A stretch of 64,000 nucleotides of DNA from Eledone cirrhosa (Eukaryota): the NCBI GenBank assembly GCA_964016885.1, contig OZ024741.1, positions 195,982,001 to 196,046,000 on the forward strand, in the 5' to 3' direction. Below the pieces are notes generated by a model, which had not been told where the DNA came from, searched no databases, and worked only from the letters and a program-made list of their open reading frames with translations. Position numbers and translations under genes: made by a program. Of the stretch, positions 63,666-64,000 are shown piece by piece. Position 1 is the stretch's first letter, and each line of letters starts with the position of its first letter.

Positions 63666-64000
63666 TGGAAGGCTTAAAAACTTTTTAATTAATATATATT
63701 TAAATATTTTCATATCTAATTTTACAAAATTGTTACTGGGGTAATTATACGATATATATATATATAATATATTAAATAAATAAAAACATGCAAAAAATGG
63801 AAGAAAAATAAGGGGGAAACATTCGGTTGCAATAAAATTATATTGAAATATTGAAATACATGTTTTTTTCTGTTACTGTCGCATTGATATGTTTGTTTTA
63901 TGTACATAATACACATCTGCACGTTTCATAAATGATACAGCTTCTTATTTCCCTACTCCAGGTCTCATACACCATACTCGACTGTGATTTATAGGGACTA

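Overview
AT-rich, repeat-dense animal genomic DNA. The (TA)n/(CA)n tracts, RTE LINEs with (GAT)n tails, tRNA-derived SINEs and Penelope element suggest a cephalopod such as octopus (inference). Two host genes are visible, both on the + strand. The first is the 3' half of a DNMBP/Tuba (ARHGEF37/38-family) gene: nine phase-compatible exons from 14383 to 41634 encoding a BAR domain and one C-terminal SH3, with large minisatellite arrays in its introns. The second is an intact, intronless 2-aminoethylphosphonate-pyruvate transaminase (PhnW/AEPT, 62409-63665) with a mitochondrial-type presequence, preceded by a cluster of inverted repeats. The rest is mobile DNA: a Naiad-type Penelope element with a hammerhead-ribozyme motif, a near full-length RTE nested in inverse orientation inside a copy of its own family, other RTE and CRE fragments, SINEs, non-autonomous Helitrons and a Helitron helicase remnant, a two-LTR non-autonomous element, piggyBac- and Kolobok-like MITEs, and a TGT...ACA palindrome built from one end of an LTR-like repeat and flanked by a 4-bp TSD. 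All calls come from reading the sequence by eye; no searches were run.
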